The notes under the pieces are model-generated. The model was not told where the DNA came from and did not search any database. It saw nothing but the letters and a program-made list of their open reading frames with translations. A DNA stretch of 61,095 bases, from positions 1-61,095 of the forward strand of contig JAWAPZ010000003.1 of assembly GCA_038894195.1 (NCBI GenBank), in the 5' to 3' direction. Each line of letters opens with the position of its first letter. Positions within the stretch are counted from its first letter, which is position 1. Positions 58,250 to 61,095 of this stretch are shown here, in pieces. The position numbers and the translations under genes were made by a program. Source of the DNA: Candidatus Pacearchaeota archaeon. GTDB taxonomy: Archaea > Nanobdellota > Nanobdellia > Pacearchaeales > UBA284.

Positions 58250-59191
58250 ATGTTTCTTTTATGTTTTATGGCAAAAGAAAAAGAAACTAAAAAACAAGAA
58301 ATAAAACATCTTGATTTTAGAGATCAAATTTCAAGAAACAAAACAAGATCAGTCGTTTTGCTAATTATTGTTTTTATAGTAATTATTGCAATTGGTTATG
58401 TAATTAGTCTGGCATTTTCACCAGGATACTTTTTTGTTATAATGACTATCGCAAGTTGTGTAGCTATTGCTTATGTTTTGTTGACTTACAATAACTGTGA
58501 GAAAATCGCTCTTGCAAGTGTTAATGCAAAACCAGCAAGTCCTGAAGATTATCCTGAGCTACATAATGCTGTAGAAAACATGGCTCTCGCTTCTGGAATG
58601 CCAAAACCAAGAGTGTATATTATGCCAGGCAAGCAGATTAATGCATTTGCAACTGGCCGCGGTCCTAATCGCGCTGTGATTTGTGTTACAGAAGGGTGCA
58701 TCGAAAAATTAAACAAACAGGAATTAGAAGGAGTTATAGGCCATGAAATGTCCCATATAGCAAACTATGATATAAGGTACATGACGATTGTTGCTGTAGT
58801 AGCAGGTGCCATAGTAATTTTTTCACAACTTTTTTTAAGAAGCTTATGGTTCGGTGGAAGACGTAGCGAAGGACGAAGTGAAGGCCAAGCAATTTTAATG
58901 TTGATAGCTCTTGCACTCGCAATTGTTGCACCTATTATAGTTATGCTAATACAACTCTCTATTTCAAGAAAGCGTGAGTTCATGGCAGATGCAACTGCTG
59001 TGCAGTTTACAAGATACCCTCCTGGTTTGATTAATGCTTTAAAAAAAATAAAAGCAGAACATGAAAGCTTGAAAGTTCCAGGAAGTGTTACCCCTTTACT
59101 TTTCAACGAAAATACAAAAAGAGAAGCTTCTAGTTTGCTAGCCACGCATCCAAGCATTGACGATAGAATTAAGGCATTAGAAGCAATGTAA
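58250..59191 (+). CDS. htpX: HtpX-like M48 zinc protease
   Basis: NAFATG, HEMSH, SRKREFMADA, THP. Confidence 0.93.
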   Translation: MFLLCFMAKEKETKKQEIKHLDFRDQISRNKTRSVVLLIIVFIVIIAIGYVISLAFSPGYFFVIMTIASCVAIAYVLLTYNNCEKIALASVNAKPASPEDYPELHNAVENMALASGMPKPRVYIMPGKQINAFATGRGPNRAVICVTEGCIEKLNKQELEGVIGHEMSHIANYDIRYMTIVAVVAGAIVIFSQLFLRSLWFGGRRSEGRSEGQAILMLIALALAIVAPIIVMLIQLSISRKREFMADATAVQFTRYPPGLINALKKIKAEHESLKVPGSVTPLLFNENTKREASSLLATHPSIDDRIKALEAM

Positions 59192-59196
59192 AAAAA

Positions 59197-59556
59197 TTAG
59201 CTCTTTTCTAGTTGAAATCTCAAGTCAATACATTTATTATCTTTACAACTTATGTCTTGTAAAGAAGGTGGAATCGGGCAATCATAAACACATATAGGAC
59301 ATTTATCAAAATATTTTTCCGTGAGTTTATTTATTTTTGTTAAATCTTCATTTTTATTAACCAATCCATAGCACCCAAACGGGCATGCAAACATATGAGT
59401 AACAACACAATCAGAAACTTCATTTCAGTAATTTGCTTCATTTAACATACTCTTAATTTTTTCTTCCAATTTTTCACAATTGACTTTGGAGAAGAAAAAA
59501 TATGCCCATGTGATAATTATAATTAGGATAATAATCCAGATTACCCACTTTTTCAT
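59197..59556 (-). pseudogene. Cys-rich membrane-anchored protein with in-frame TGA (59425-59427)
   Basis: Frame is continuous across EANY*NEVSDC; 9 Cys plus the TGA codon. Confidence 0.65.
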
Positions 59557-59557
59557 C

Positions 59558-61095
59558 TTAACCACAACTTCCACCACTTCCAGAACTAGAACTAGTGCCG
59601 CCACCAAACCCCGGGCTTGGATTTTCTGTTGAAAATGCTTGAGAGCATTCACTTGGCTTTGTTTTAAATGCTTTACATAAAGCATTTGCAATGCTTTGAG
59701 GATCTCTCGGATAAATACTTGCTTCTTGGCCATCAATTATTACAGTGGGAGATCCTCGGACACCATACTGTTCGTTCAGTTGATTGTCTACTTGAAGATA
59801 ACTTTCTGCCCTGCTTTCAACACAAGAATCAAGTTTTGTTTTATCTAAGTATTTAGAGATACAGGATTGCGTTCCTTGCTCAGTACCATCTGCGTAAACA
59901 AAACATTTAAGATAATCAAGCAACTTTTCACTCTGTTCCTCCCTTACACATGCGATTCTTTTGTTGTCAAGTTCTTCCTGAGCACCATGCATCGTGTATG
60001 AAACAAATCTCAACTCGATATTTGCTTTATCCAAAAATGCTTGCCATACTGGCAAAAGACCTTTAATAATCTGAGTTCCATAAGGACAATGGCTCATAAT
60101 AAAGACTTGCATTGTTGGTGCTCCTTCAATATGCTTTATCGCACTACCAGTAGTTTGTGTTTGTTTTTCCTTAGAAAAAAGTTTAAAATTTACAATAACT
60201 TCTTTGCCGCAATGCTTGTGATTATCTGTTAAGGTTATTGTTGTTTCATTTAAGGTAATAACCCGTGATCTTGGCAACCCAGGAAATTCAACTTCTTGAT
60301 CTAGTTCGGGTGTCAAAATAAATTTTACTTTATCAGACGTAAATTTAACTTCTATATTTCCATTATCACTGGGTATTACAGAATCATTTCCTTCAAGTCT
60401 TAAGGTTAGCTTATCTTCTGTAACTTTTACAACCTTGGAACTAAAATATAACGAAGGGATAATCTGCCCGACTTGCGCTTCAGCACTTATTTTAACAGTA
60501 TCGTTAGAAACATCGATTACCTTATACTGCCAAGGTGCCAAGCTAACATTATACATTTTATTTAGCATAGCTGTTTCACCAAAAATCTGTTCAAAAGTGG
60601 CAATATCCATTTCAGTTGTTCTATTAACTTCTTGCTCACGAGGGACCTCTTCTGTTCTGTTATAATAATAAATTTTGTTAGAATCACAAGCTCCAAACGC
60701 ATCTACTGCTTCAAGTGTTATATTCTTTTCTTCCCCAGCCTGCATTCTTGCGACTTCCTTATCAATCTTATCTGAAACAAATCCAAGAACGTCTGATAAA
60801 GTTCCTTCTTGAAAACTGCCAGAACCTTGTTTAAAATTTTGGCCATCAACAAAAATAGAATATGAAACATTTAGGTAATTAGTTCTTACAGATGCGCCTT
60901 GTAATAATATCTTTCCAGGCCATATGAAGACAAGTATAAATGCTATGATTGCAACAACAATCCCGACCCTTTTCCAATTAATTTTTGTTGTTTTTTTTGT
61001 TCCACCAGTCATGCTTGGAGTTTCCTTTTTCGGATCTCTGGGTGGCTCTTTGCCCTCCTTCGTTTCACTCGTTTGAGAAACTGGTTCGCTCTTGG
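59558..61095 (-). CDS. FKBP-type PPIase + DsbA/thioredoxin-like fusion (5' end beyond window)
   Basis: MQAGEEKNITL..DAFG, NHKHCGKEV, MSHCPYG, GVRGSPT; frame is open to the window edge. Confidence 0.75.
   Translation of the reverse strand, partial: KSEPVSQTSETKEGKEPPRDPKKETPSMTGGTKKTTKINWKRVGIVVAIIAFILVFIWPGKILLQGASVRTNYLNVSYSIFVDGQNFKQGSGSFQEGTLSDVLGFVSDKIDKEVARMQAGEEKNITLEAVDAFGACDSNKIYYYNRTEEVPREQEVNRTTEMDIATFEQIFGETAMLNKMYNVSLAPWQYKVIDVSNDTVKISAEAQVGQIIPSLYFSSKVVKVTEDKLTLRLEGNDSVIPSDNGNIEVKFTSDKVKFILTPELDQEVEFPGLPRSRVITLNETTITLTDNHKHCGKEVIVNFKLFSKEKQTQTTGSAIKHIEGAPTMQVFIMSHCPYGTQIIKGLLPVWQAFLDKANIELRFVSYTMHGAQEELDNKRIACVREEQSEKLLDYLKCFVYADGTEQGTQSCISKYLDKTKLDSCVESRAESYLQVDNQLNEQYGVRGSPTVIIDGQEASIYPRDPQSIANALCKAFKTKPSECSQAFSTENPSPGFGGGTSSSSGSGGSCG

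Noticed and set aside
1-61095. CRISPR arrays, IS elements, prophage, rRNA, global stop-codon reassignment
   Set aside because: No spaced repeats, transposase/integrase or rRNA signatures; TAA, TAG and TGA all end bona fide genes

Overview
61-kb, low-GC, gene-dense archaeal chromosome segment, most consistent with a DPANN lineage (Pacearchaeota/Woesearchaeota-like; inferred from gene content). Housekeeping and surface genes: thrS, rps2, tuf, dnaG, gatD, ftsZ, lig, nfo, argS, ileS, mtaB, rpoL, rpl41e, form III RuBisCO, oapABC, iscS/iscU, lemA-htpX, a glycosylation cluster and several very large surface proteins. No CRISPR, rRNA or transposase was found. Main signals: (1) an SMC with canonical heads but no hinge, carrying a Rad50-type CxxC zinc hook at its exact midpoint. 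(2) A tRNA-Pro hidden under a spurious ORF, with two introns (37/38 and 59/60) and an apparent A34 anticodon; its T-loop intron is homologous to the anticodon intron of a nearby tRNA-Ser, suggesting tRNA-intron transposition. (3) An unclassified 232-nt structured RNA (loop-E motif, pseudoknot) upstream of a Lys-rich microprotein. (4) A radical SAM + PvcA/CDPS-like cassette inside the Fe-S operon. (5) A GVHH-type IleRS flanked by 47-bp direct repeats, and a chimeric ThrRS. Several accessory genes carry single-base homopolymer frameshifts (real or assembly artefact). All family calls come from motif recognition by eye, not database searches.
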